Below, one piece after another: positions 27,803 to 36,762 of a DNA stretch of 64,000 nt (its first letter is position 1; each line of letters opens with the position of its first letter). The DNA is taken from NCBI RefSeq assembly GCF_938017705.1, contig NZ_CALIIS010000038.1, forward strand, positions 3,532-67,531, written 5' to 3'. The position numbers were made by a program, and so were the translations under genes. Under the pieces are notes generated by a model. The model was not told where the DNA came from, did not search any database, and saw nothing but the letters and a program-made list of their open reading frames with translations. The DNA comes from an uncultured Campylobacter sp. (lineage in GTDB: Bacteria; Campylobacterota; Campylobacteria; Campylobacterales; Campylobacteraceae).

Positions 27803-28402
27803 TTAAAAACTTCTCGTAAATCTGCCGTATAAAAAACTCGCAAATATCACGGTCAAAACAGCCGCGAATGCCGCAAACGCTATCTGCGCGCACTGCGCCG
27901 CGTCTGCAAATTTAATGCTCGGCACCAGATAAAATCCCTCGCCGTAAAATCCGCCGAAAAAACTCTGCACTTCGCTAAGTGCGGTGCCTGCGGGGAAGGA
28001 CGGGGTGCCCGTGCAGCTTGCGGGGCGAAATAGCTCCGGTAGCAGGCTATCAAGCGGCGCTGCGAAAGGGAAAGCGGGTGCCGCGAGGCAATTTGCGGTA
28101 TCTGCGACAGGGCTCGGCGCGGAGCTTTGTAAATAGCCGTATATCGCGCCCGCAAATCCGAGCGCGTAAGCAATGAGCCTTGTTATGAAGCCAAACGGCA
28201 GCAGCAAGCCGATGAGCGCGCCCACGCCCGCCACGGCAAAGCCCAAACGCACGAGGGCGCCCATCTGCGTAGGCGACATAAAAAGGTAGCGCTGAAAGAA
28301 AAAATACGATACCGCAAGATAGCCTGCGCTTATCACAAAGAGCCAAAACCACGGCGTAGCGGTATTTTGCCACGCGTAAATCTTCAAAATCAATCTATTC
28401 AA
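27803..28402 (-). CDS. DsbB-like four-TM membrane protein lacking the first CXXC pair
   Basis: TTG start behind a strong SD (GGAGGAG). Four predicted TM helices. Cys105 and Cys130 in the second exported loop line up with E. coli DsbB Cys104/Cys130 (C..FP...PLD..LP..F...C). The position of DsbB C41-x-x-C44 reads SPTQM. Confidence 0.5.
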   Translation of the reverse strand: MNRLILKIYAWQNTATPWFWLFVISAGYLAVSYFFFQRYLFMSPTQMGALVRLGFAVAGVGALIGLLLPFGFITRLIAYALGFAGAIYGYLQSSAPSPVADTANCLAAPAFPFAAPLDSLLPELFRPASCTGTPSFPAGTALSEVQSFFGGFYGEGFYLVPSIKFADAAQCAQIAFAAFAAVLTVIFASFLYGRFTRSF

Positions 28403-28781
28403 GATCTCCTCCGTCTTATAAAATTCTTAAGAATACTTTTTAATCTTAAGATTTAAATTTATAAGGGAATTATAGCAATAAAAGATAAAAATTCGAGTCT
28501 GCATTGCCCTAAATATCGGAGTTTTATAAGCTTTAAGCTTAACGTATAAAATTTCAATTTTAAAATTTGTCGCTCCTTGCGCGGCGGCAAAACGTTTTTG
28601 AGATATGAAATTAAAATGATAGATTTTATAAAATTTTATCTTTGTCAGAGCCTGCTTTGAGGAAAAATATACCGATTTTAAAACCCCAGGCAACTCCGAC
28701 GCTCAATAAATATTATGAAGATGATATAATGAGCCAAAATTTTGAATAACATCACTTTATAATTTAAGGACGAGGTGCCGT

Positions 28782-29216
28782 GTGAAATTTAACATAAATG
28801 CCGTTATCGGCGGGGCGGATGATGTGCCGATCTATATACCGGATATTATAAGAGCGGCAAGAAAAGAGATTAAAAGGATTTTTAGCGATTTTGAAATGCG
28901 CTCGCTGCAAAAGATCGATATTTGCCTTTGTTTGAGCGGGGAAGTATCGAGATATTTTCCGAAATCGGGAATTTACCAGCCGAAATATTATCTTAAAAGC
29001 AAAAAAATTATCGCGTATATTCATTTTAGCTCAGATGAGTGGGGCTCCGATAAAAGGGCGAACGTAGATAAATTTTTAGAAAAGTTCAAGCAGTATCTTA
29101 TGGAGCTTGGAGATATTACCGGACGGAAAATTACGAATAATAATTTAGAATTTGACGATAAGCAGTACAAAGATAATATAGACCTAGTTTTTGAAAATTT
29201 AGTAGTAGATTGTTGA
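28782..29216 (+). CDS. hypothetical cytoplasmic protein (orphan, AT-rich)
   Basis: 144 aa, GTG start behind AAGGACGAGG, and no signal peptide. Composition is more AT-rich than the flanks. I recognise no family; it has the general look of a small immunity-type protein. Confidence 0.45.
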   Translation: MKFNINAVIGGADDVPIYIPDIIRAARKEIKRIFSDFEMRSLQKIDICLCLSGEVSRYFPKSGIYQPKYYLKSKKIIAYIHFSSDEWGSDKRANVDKFLEKFKQYLMELGDITGRKITNNNLEFDDKQYKDNIDLVFENLVVDC

Positions 29217-29238
29217 AATAAAATTTGAAAAGAATATC

Positions 29239-29269
29239 TATCTGAAGCGGCAAAATTCCGCTTCAGATA
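29239..29269. other. perfect 12-bp stem-loop after the orphan gene
   Basis: TATCTGAAGCGG (29239-29250) pairs with CCGCTTCAGATA (29258-29269) around a 7-nt loop. There is no clear U-tract on either strand. Confidence 0.4.
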
Positions 29270-29621
29270 AGGCAGACGCTAGCCCGGGCTAGTGAAATTC
29301 CAAACGCCTTTAAGACGCAAATAGCGATGAGGCGAGTTTGGAATTTTATCATCAACGATAATTTAAAATTTTGCCCGAAAGCTTATTGGCGAGCTTAAAG
29401 CGCCTTGGTTGGCGCCCCGTAGAATTTCAACGCGCCGTTAAGCAAGCGATGAGCGAGCAGAGCAAGGCGAGTCTTGCGTGAGCGCATAGGGGTGCGCGCA
29501 GTGTTATTTCGCAGTAGAATTTTACGGATTTGATCTCGCGCGTAAAGGGCGAGATCAAGCCTAAATGCCCGCGCAAGGGCAAATTTTACGCAAGCCGCGC
29601 AAAACAAGCCTTGCGCTAGCG

Positions 29622-30140
29622 CTAAATCGCGGCTTTTAGCGCTTCAAATTTCGCGTCTTGCTCGGCTAGAAGCTGTCCTTTCTCATCGCGCGAGACGTAA
29701 ATTTTAAAGATATTCTCGCCCGCCTTGTCGTAAAAGCCCACGAATTTCGAGAGCATCCCCATGAAAGTCTGCGTCACGAGGATGATCTTATCGATCTCAT
29801 CCGTCTTTAGATGACCCGCCAAAATGCCCAGCCCGTGCGCCTCATCGCCGTTTGCGCCCATGCCGAAATTATAATATCCGCGCGCGCTCTTGCCGCTTGG
29901 GATCTTGGTTTTAAACTCGATGATGAAGCTCGGCGTATTTTTTACGAAAAGAACCTCGCCCCAGCTCTCAAGCTCCCTAATGACCTCGCCGAATTTATCG
30001 CCGCCCGCACTCTTTCCGAAGCGCTCGGGCAGGTTTAGCAGCACGTCGATCTCCTTGGCGCCGAGCTCTTTGCAGATCTGCGCGATCGAAATTTTAGGGT
30101 TTTGCGCGAACAGCGCCTCGATTCTCTCTTTCATTTTCAT
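29622..30140 (-). CDS. hutX: haem-utilisation cytosolic carrier protein, HutX/ChuX-like
   Basis: ...KSARGYYNFGMG...GHLKTDEIDKIILVTQTFMGMLSKFVGFYDKAGENIFKIYVSRDEKGQLL..Q..KFEALK closely parallels Vibrio HutX as I remember it (ARGYYNL...GHLK...FMG...GF....GEN.FKIYLGRDEK). Confidence 0.7.
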   Translation of the reverse strand: MKMKERIEALFAQNPKISIAQICKELGAKEIDVLLNLPERFGKSAGGDKFGEVIRELESWGEVLFVKNTPSFIIEFKTKIPSGKSARGYYNFGMGANGDEAHGLGILAGHLKTDEIDKIILVTQTFMGMLSKFVGFYDKAGENIFKIYVSRDEKGQLLAEQDAKFEALKAAI

Positions 30141-30351
30141 CCTTTCTAAAATAAAATTTTAAGCGCCATTATAATATAAAAATTCTAAGTTACAGATAAT
30201 GGCAATCAATTAAAGAGGATTTGAAAAGCTTATTCTAAGAAAAATTTAGCGCTACAAAGTGCTTATGCATAGAATTTTAAGTGATAATACAAAGAATTTT
30301 ATCTGCACAGAATTTTATAATTCTAAAATTCCGCAAATCTTTAGAGCTTTA

Positions 30352-30795
30352 TCATAGCGGATCGTATCCGAAGCGATTGGACCCGCTATCGCCGCGCTGC
30401 ACGAAAAACACAAGCAGCACTATCCAACCCACAAATGATACCAAAAGCCCGATATCGCCGAAAAAAGCACCCACGATCGGCGTTAAAATAAGCAGAAAAA
30501 ACCAGCCGCTTCTATCGGTGTCATGTAGTCGCCTGACCGATACGGCAATGGCTGGCACGAGCATAGCTAGCTGAAAAAGCGCATCTATAATGCCGATTTC
30601 TTGATGGACGATTTTGCCGGCTATTATTTGATTATATCCTATCGTAGTGCCTAAAACGCCATCTATCAAACTCAAAACAATCCCGCCAAGCACGGTAAAT
30701 AGAAAAAACCACCAGTACTCCGACCTTGATGCTCGCCCGCTAAATGCGGCGTATTTTTGCTTGACGCAAGTTTGCACGGACTCCATAAAAGTCAT
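30352..30795 (-). CDS. DUF805-family inner-membrane protein (YhaH/YhaI-like)
   Basis: GRASRSEYWWFFLF and VRRLHDTDRSGWFFLL motifs. Confidence 0.8.
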   Translation of the reverse strand: MTFMESVQTCVKQKYAAFSGRASRSEYWWFFLFTVLGGIVLSLIDGVLGTTIGYNQIIAGKIVHQEIGIIDALFQLAMLVPAIAVSVRRLHDTDRSGWFFLLILTPIVGAFFGDIGLLVSFVGWIVLLVFFVQRGDSGSNRFGYDPL

Positions 30796-30848
30796 TTTAA
30801 ACTCCTTTTTTAAAATAATATAGGATTATACTAATCGCCCTTAAATAC

Positions 30849-32294
30849 CTAAAACTCCCGCCCGTTCATCTGCCTTATGTGATACGCCAGATGCACTAGG
30901 CCGTAGCCGCCTTTTGAAGCGGTAACCTCCCTAGTACCATAAACCGCCGAAACATTTAAAACTACCGAAGCTAACCACCCTATGGCAAATACTAAAGCGA
31001 AAAGCTGCGAGTCAAGCGCTATCAAGACTAGAGTTACTATCTCCGTAGCTGCAATAACATAAAACGCTCTTAGATAGTTTTTCTCTCCGCTGCAATCGTA
31101 AAGCTCTTTACTAACTAGCAGCTGATAGATCAGATATACCGCTGTGCATACGCAATAAATGCTTATCATAAAAACCGATGGTTTAAACAATTCAAATCCT
31201 ACAAATATAGTGCTTACTGCGCTTATAGCCGAGGAAACCCCGACTAACACGGCGTTTGATAGCAGATCGGTGCTGCGTATTGCCCGCGCTAAAAAATATA
31301 GCCCCACAGCTAGGCATATCATCGATATAAGTCCGACGCCTTCCAACGCACCCACTTTATCTACATTCTTGATATATCTGCCTACCGCATTTAACGCCTC
31401 AAGCCCAAACGCTATGTAAAGGGTAGTTTTGGCAGTAGATAGATTTTCGCTCTGCTCTTTAGCGTCATCCGTATAAACATACAGGATTGCTCCCGCGCCT
31501 ACGGATACATTTAGCTTTCGCACCATATCAGGCAACCTAAAAAAGTCGCTAATAAGCCAGATTAAAAATAAAACATTAGGCACCGAGAAAATAACCATAA
31601 AATGAAAAAAGCCCTGTTCTATATCCTTTAGGTCTGATGCTTGCACGCCTAAATCCGGACGAGATGAGTTTACAAGCGCCAACAGCTCGTTACCTTCTAT
31701 ACTCGTCCACATGACAGCAACCACTACTAAAAAAAGCCAGATGAGAAATGGCAGCCCGCCTAAAAGCTGAAAAATCGCAGAGATTATACGCCCAAGATAA
31801 AATCTATGCGCGCCGAAAGGTCCGAGAAACATATAAAATACGTAGGCTTTATTTAAATCATAAGCCTTAGCCGCTGAGATCTGCCTTGCTGAGCTTTGTG
31901 TAGAGCTAATTCTATCGGAATTTGAGGAAGCTGAATTTTGCCAAGTGGAATTCTGCTCTACAAAATTCTGCGAGTTCGTAGCATCTTCGGTAGAATTCAA
32001 ACTTTTAGCGTTAGAATCTTGCTCGCTAGAGCCTGTCGCGGCAGAATCTCGTAAAATAGAATTTTCTTCATCCGAGCCTTGAGCTGCAAAAGCTAAATTT
32101 TGCTCTATAGAATTCTGGGCCGCGAAATTTTGCTCGCTAGTATCATCCGCCGCAAGAGCTTCTTGCGCTAAATCTAAATTCTCAGATTGCTCCTGTGGTT
32201 TCTCGTCCAGGGGCTTTTTCTCTTCGCCACTTTTACGTCTTATACTGGTTAGCGATGCAGGATTACTGCTGCCGCCCCAAATATCTTCGCCCAT
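30849..32294 (-). CDS. multi-pass membrane protein with a TM2 domain and a Ser/Gln/Asn-rich N-terminal region
   Basis: SD AAGGAGA. About 150 aa of low-complexity sequence with (E/A)QN(S/F/L) repeats, then the TM2-type motif FLGPFGAHRFYLGR and several further TM helices. Confidence 0.65.
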   Translation of the reverse strand: MGEDIWGGSSNPASLTSIRRKSGEEKKPLDEKPQEQSENLDLAQEALAADDTSEQNFAAQNSIEQNLAFAAQGSDEENSILRDSAATGSSEQDSNAKSLNSTEDATNSQNFVEQNSTWQNSASSNSDRISSTQSSARQISAAKAYDLNKAYVFYMFLGPFGAHRFYLGRIISAIFQLLGGLPFLIWLFLVVVAVMWTSIEGNELLALVNSSRPDLGVQASDLKDIEQGFFHFMVIFSVPNVLFLIWLISDFFRLPDMVRKLNVSVGAGAILYVYTDDAKEQSENLSTAKTTLYIAFGLEALNAVGRYIKNVDKVGALEGVGLISMICLAVGLYFLARAIRSTDLLSNAVLVGVSSAISAVSTIFVGFELFKPSVFMISIYCVCTAVYLIYQLLVSKELYDCSGEKNYLRAFYVIAATEIVTLVLIALDSQLFALVFAIGWLASVVLNVSAVYGTREVTASKGGYGLVHLAYHIRQMNGREF

Positions 32295-32383
32295 CTGCTC
32301 TCCTTGATTTTTAAAGCAATTTTACCTGAAATTTAAGGAATTTTTGTATATTCGCCGCTACAAATTCAAAACAAAGGACAAAA

Positions 32384-32908
32384 ATGTCAAAAGTAACATT
32401 TCAAGGAAAGCCTGTAGAGCTAAGCGGGCAAGAGATAAATCTAGGCGATCGCGCGCCGCAAGTGCGCTTAGTAGCTCAAGATCTAAGCGAAATTGAGATC
32501 GCTAGCGGCAAGCACGTGCAAATCATCGTCGCTGTGCCATCGCTAGATACGCCCGTCTGCGCGACGGAGGCACGTAAGTTCAACGAGCGCGCCGCATCGC
32601 TTCCTAACACTGAAGTAATCGTCGTTTCGATGGATTTACCGTTTGCGATGGGGAGGTTTTGTACGACTGAGGGGATCAAAAATCTACGCGTTGCAAGCGA
32701 TTTCCGCGATAAGGAATTTTGCCGCCGCTACGGCACTCTCATCGCCAGCGGCGCATTAGCAGGTCTCAGCGCCAGAGCAATCTTCGTCATAGATACCGCA
32801 GGCGTTGTGGTTTATAAAGAGCTCGTAAGCGACATAGCCTCTGAGCCCGACTACGACGCAGCGCTGGATTTTGCAGAGCTCGTCGCTCGCAACAGCTGCT
32901 CTAACTGA
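32384..32908 (+). CDS. tpx: thiol peroxidase (atypical 2-Cys peroxiredoxin)
   Basis: ...VPSLDTPVCATEARKFNERA... includes the peroxidatic Cys motif. Length and overall pattern match Tpx. Confidence 0.9.
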   Translation: MSKVTFQGKPVELSGQEINLGDRAPQVRLVAQDLSEIEIASGKHVQIIVAVPSLDTPVCATEARKFNERAASLPNTEVIVVSMDLPFAMGRFCTTEGIKNLRVASDFRDKEFCRRYGTLIASGALAGLSARAIFVIDTAGVVVYKELVSDIASEPDYDAALDFAELVARNSCSN

Positions 32909-32974
32909 GCAAGATAATAGATCCAAGGTTTGGATAATTTTCGCCTTGCTTTAGTTCACTACTTTAAGCAAATT

Positions 32975-33007
32975 CGCCCTACTGCAAGTAAAAAACGAAG
33001 TAGGGCG
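32975..33007 (+). terminator. stem-loop after tpx
   Basis: CGCCCTACT (32975-32983) pairs with AGTAGGGCG (32999-33007) around a 15-nt A-rich loop. The T-tract is weak. Confidence 0.35.
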
Positions 33008-33183
33008 CTTAAAATTCTACTTCAATTTTAAATTTTGATTTTACGCTTTGATTTGCGCTTCGGTGCACGCAAAGCTATTAACGCACTGCGATAGTAAGCA
33101 GATGAGAACAAAATTTATAGGATCGCCTGCTGCTAAATTTTAAATTTAGCCATAGCGGGAGTTGAAATTTTAAATTTGCCCGC

Positions 33184-33900
33184 TTAGCCACTCCGCGCGA
33201 TAAACTCGCTAAAAGAGATCTCCTGTGCGTAAAATTTAACTCCGAGCGAGGCGAGTTTGTCTTGCAGCGGTAGTGCCAGCTCCTCTATGCCGCTAAATAC
33301 GCAAAGCGGCAAATTTTGCGCCCTCTCTTTAGTCGCCGCAAAGCTCTCGTCATCAAAAATTTTCTTTAAAAACACGAGCGTTTTTACCTTGTCCGTGCCC
33401 AGATCCTCGATAAAAACGCTGAAATATTTATATCCCAGCTCCTCGCGCGCTTCATCTTTCATTGCGTAGTCGTCTGCTAGTTCGCGGTAAAATTCGTTGT
33501 TTAAATCCGCAAACGGCGCGATCGCTTCAAGCGAGCAAGGCGCCTCAAGTGCGGCAAGTGCGGTTAAAATTTCTTCAAATTTAACGATGTCGTCCGCGAC
33601 TTTAATCGGCTCCCAAGAGCCGGCGCCGTGATAGGCAAAATACACGGGCGAGGCGTCCCCGAGGGCAAAATCGACGAAAAACGGATCGTCCATGCCGTTA
33701 CGCGCGATGACCCGCCAGCTCTTGCGCCACTGGCCCGGTGCGTCGTCTGCTAGCTCCTCGCCAGTTTTGCGGCTAGCGAGCCTATATCCCTCCTGAAAGC
33801 TCTCAAACTCGCCCTCATCAGGATAGAAAAAAGGTAGCAAAACAGACTCTGAAACGATACGTTTGCGGATAAAATTTCGGATCAAACTTGAGATTTGCAC
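33184..33900 (-). CDS. SMI1/KNR4 (SUKH)-like protein with a C-terminal ribosomal L7/L12-CTD-like module
   Basis: GTG start. The N-terminal half (...WRVIARNGMDDPFFVDF...SPVYFAYHGAGSWEPIKVADDIVKFEEIL) has the SUKH-type pattern. The C-terminal KVKTLVFLKKIF...AATKERAQNLPLCVFSGIEELALPLQDKLASLGVKF resembles the L7/L12 C-terminal domain. Assigned by pattern only. Confidence 0.45.
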   Translation of the reverse strand: MQISSLIRNFIRKRIVSESVLLPFFYPDEGEFESFQEGYRLASRKTGEELADDAPGQWRKSWRVIARNGMDDPFFVDFALGDASPVYFAYHGAGSWEPIKVADDIVKFEEILTALAALEAPCSLEAIAPFADLNNEFYRELADDYAMKDEAREELGYKYFSVFIEDLGTDKVKTLVFLKKIFDDESFAATKERAQNLPLCVFSGIEELALPLQDKLASLGVKFYAQEISFSEFIARSG

Positions 33901-33996
33901 GGCGCGGCCTTTGGGTTAAATTTGAGCGAATTCTAGCAGAGTTTTTAGTTCGCGCAAAATTTACGCCCAAATTCAACAAATTGCAAATTTAAGCGC

Positions 33997-34225
33997 GAAA
34001 AGACAAGCGGAAGTATCGCGAGATGATTTTGAGAGTTGTGCAGAAATTTTAAGTTAAGGCTAGACAAGTAGTCTGCCGCAGTCCAAAATTTTCAAACTCA
34101 TTTAAAGACGCTCGCGAGACGATGCGCCGCCAAAAAGACAAGCGGAAGTATTTTACAGAAACATTTTGCTTTGCAAAAACGCTACGCTTGTTTTGAGATG
34201 ATTTTTGTGGTTGCGACGTAAAATT
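33997..34225. repeat. direct repeat pair, the second copy split by an insertion
   Basis: AAAGACAAGCGGAAGTAT followed by GAGATGATTTT.G.G.GTTG.G occurs at 33997-34045. It recurs at 34132-34225, where about 45 extra nt separate the two halves. Confidence 0.5.
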
Positions 34226-34301
34226 TCGGCGTAGATAGAACGTATAGTTCATCGAGCCGAAATTTTACTAGCTCCGCAAAAAGCACTCACGAGACAACGC
34301 G

Positions 34302-36749
34302 CTACAAAGATTGTAAGATTTTAGGTTTACTAAACGCCTGTATCGGCTTAATCTCTCCCTTAAATTTCTCAATTTGAGCAAGCACGGTGTGAGCCGAGTT
34401 GCTTTGCGCAAGACTTGACGTGCCTTTATCGAACGTAAGCACGTTTACGCAGCCGTGCTGGCAGAGGCTCTTTTCGCCCCAAACCTCGGGATCGTACCAC
34501 GCGCCCTCGCAAATCGCTGCGACGCGCTCAGGCACGATGTCGGTAACGAGCACGCCTGCCAAAATTTCGCCGCGATCGTTGAAAACGCGCACGATGTCGC
34601 CGTTCGCAAGCCCGCGAGCTTCGGCGTCTTTTGGATTCATTAACACCGGCTCTCTGCCGCTAACCTCGGCAAAATTCCTGATGATCGAGTTGTTTAGCTG
34701 GCTGTGCAGGCGGTAGCGAGAGTGCGGACTTACGACGTGGATCGGATACTTCGCCGTCTTTTTCGCATCGCCTAGCCACTCTTTTGGCTCGATCCAAGTA
34801 GGCATCGGCGGGCAGTCGGCATAGCCCATCTTAGCGATTACGGGTGAGTAAAGCTCGATCTTACCCGACGGCGTGCCGAGGCGGTTTTTGGCGGGATTTT
34901 CGCGGAATGCCGCAAGGCGCGTATATAGCGCGCTGCTCTCGTCGTCCTTTTCAAAGCGCACGAAGCCTTTGTCGTAAAATTCCTCAAAGCTAGGCATCGT
35001 TATATTTAGGCCTTTGGCTTGCTCTACGGCATCGGCGTAGAATTCTTTCATCCAGCCTAGCTCGTCCTTGCCCTCGCTAAAGACCTCGCCATATCCCCAG
35101 CGCTTGCAGATCTGCTCGCAGATCCAAAAGTCGCTCTTACTCTCGCCCATCGGCTCGATTGCAGGTCTGTAAGCGACTATATATTCGCCCGTAGCGCCCG
35201 TTTGGTTGATGTCGTTGCGCTCGACCTCGATCGCGACGGGAAGCACGATGTCGCTAAGCTTCGCCGTGCTCGTCCAGTAAGGCTCGGCGGTGATGACGGT
35301 ATCAAATTTACGCCACTGCCTCACAATATTATTCACGTCTTGATGGCGCGTAAACATCGATCCACACGCCATATAAGCGACTCTCATATGCGGCAGCTTG
35401 ATCTTAGTGCCGTCGTAGTCGATCTGCTTGCCCGGATGCTCCAGCGCCTCAATGCTGCGAGAAGACGGGATGGTAATGTTTTTCGCACTTTTCCAAGGCG
35501 CAGAGCCCGTGTTTTCGTATTTTTCATCTATACGAGTGCTAAGCCCCTTTAAAATCGGAGCCACTTTATTCGTAGCGCCCGCAGAGCCGTAGCCTAGGCT
35601 AAATTCAAAGCCGAGCCCCTCCTTGCCGATATGCCCTAGCATCGCATTAAGCGCCACTAGCGCCCAGAAAGGCTGCTCGCCGTGATCTGCGCGCTGCAAA
35701 CCGCGACCGATCAGGATCGTGCTCGGCTCCTTTGCAAGCGCCGTAGCAAATTTCGCAATAGCCTCCTCGCTAAGCCCGCAAATTTTGCTCGCCCAAGCTG
35801 CGTCCTTTACGATTTTATCGCTCTCGCCTAGAAAATACGCTTTAAATTTATTAAATCCGACGGTGTATTTTTTGATAAATTCCTCGTCGTAAAGGTTGTT
35901 CGTAAACAGATAGTGGCACATGCCGATGATGAGCGCGGTGTCGGTATTCGGGCGCACGATGATATCTTCGCTGCCGAAGTAGCGCGCGGTGTCGTTTCTC
36001 ATCACGTTTACGCTGTAGGTTTTGATGCCTGATTTTTTAAGCTCTTGCATGCCGATGTAGCCGTCATGCGTAGGCGGAATGGATGAAATTTGATTGGTTA
36101 CTGCAGGATCAGTCGCCCAAAATACGACGTTTTTAGCGTTTTTGACGATCGCTTTCCACGTAGTAGGCGCGTCGTAAACGGCGCTTGAGCCCAGCACGTG
36201 AGGCATGATAACGAGCCCCGCGCCGGTCGAATAATCACCGCTTTCCTCTACGTAGCCGCCTAAAATTTTAAGCATTCGGTGCGCTACGGTGCGTCCCCAG
36301 CCGATCTTACCGCTGCCGCCCCACCAGTAGCACTCGCCGTAGATCGCCTCGGCGCCGTATTTGTCGAAATTTTCTTTCAAAGCCTTCGCCGCTAGATCAA
36401 GGGCCGTGTCCCAGCTAACGCGCACGAACTCCTCTTTGCCGCGTAGTTCGCTCTTTGCCGCGCCTTTTGCCTTCAGATAGCTTTTGCGTACCATCGGATA
36501 GAGCACGCGGTTTTCGTTTTGAATATTATCGGGCAAGCTATAATTCATCGTATTTGGAAATTTATCGCCTTCGAAATCGCTTACCGAAACGATCTGCGAT
36601 GAGTTTAAATTTAGCCAAAAAGTGCCGAATCTATTCGCGCCGAATACCTTTTTGTTATCAAAAATCGTCTGCGTAACACCCTCGATCCTGCTAGCGCTTG
36701 CCGCGCTTGCGCCTAAAATCCCTGCCTTTAAAAAGTCTCGCCTTTTCAT
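34302..36749 (-). CDS. second periplasmic molybdopterin S-/N-oxide reductase (TorA/TorZ/BisC family paralogue)
   Basis: Tat signal MKRRDFLKAGILGASAAS. 815 aa. It carries the same family blocks as 24661..27177 (...DYSTGAGLVIMPHV..., ...RPNTDTALIIGMCHYL..., ...HSQLNNS...) but is clearly divergent overall. Confidence 0.9.
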   Translation of the reverse strand: MKRRDFLKAGILGASAASASRIEGVTQTIFDNKKVFGANRFGTFWLNLNSSQIVSVSDFEGDKFPNTMNYSLPDNIQNENRVLYPMVRKSYLKAKGAAKSELRGKEEFVRVSWDTALDLAAKALKENFDKYGAEAIYGECYWWGGSGKIGWGRTVAHRMLKILGGYVEESGDYSTGAGLVIMPHVLGSSAVYDAPTTWKAIVKNAKNVVFWATDPAVTNQISSIPPTHDGYIGMQELKKSGIKTYSVNVMRNDTARYFGSEDIIVRPNTDTALIIGMCHYLFTNNLYDEEFIKKYTVGFNKFKAYFLGESDKIVKDAAWASKICGLSEEAIAKFATALAKEPSTILIGRGLQRADHGEQPFWALVALNAMLGHIGKEGLGFEFSLGYGSAGATNKVAPILKGLSTRIDEKYENTGSAPWKSAKNITIPSSRSIEALEHPGKQIDYDGTKIKLPHMRVAYMACGSMFTRHQDVNNIVRQWRKFDTVITAEPYWTSTAKLSDIVLPVAIEVERNDINQTGATGEYIVAYRPAIEPMGESKSDFWICEQICKRWGYGEVFSEGKDELGWMKEFYADAVEQAKGLNITMPSFEEFYDKGFVRFEKDDESSALYTRLAAFRENPAKNRLGTPSGKIELYSPVIAKMGYADCPPMPTWIEPKEWLGDAKKTAKYPIHVVSPHSRYRLHSQLNNSIIRNFAEVSGREPVLMNPKDAEARGLANGDIVRVFNDRGEILAGVLVTDIVPERVAAICEGAWYDPEVWGEKSLCQHGCVNVLTFDKGTSSLAQSNSAHTVLAQIEKFKGEIKPIQAFSKPKILQSL

Positions 36750-36762
36750 CTGATCTCCTTTA

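Noticed and set aside
24661-36749. Selenocysteine (in-frame TGA) or frameshift in the molybdoenzymes
   Set aside because: Both reductase ORFs are uninterrupted from the Tat signal to the C-terminus, and the TorA/DorA family does not use selenocysteine.
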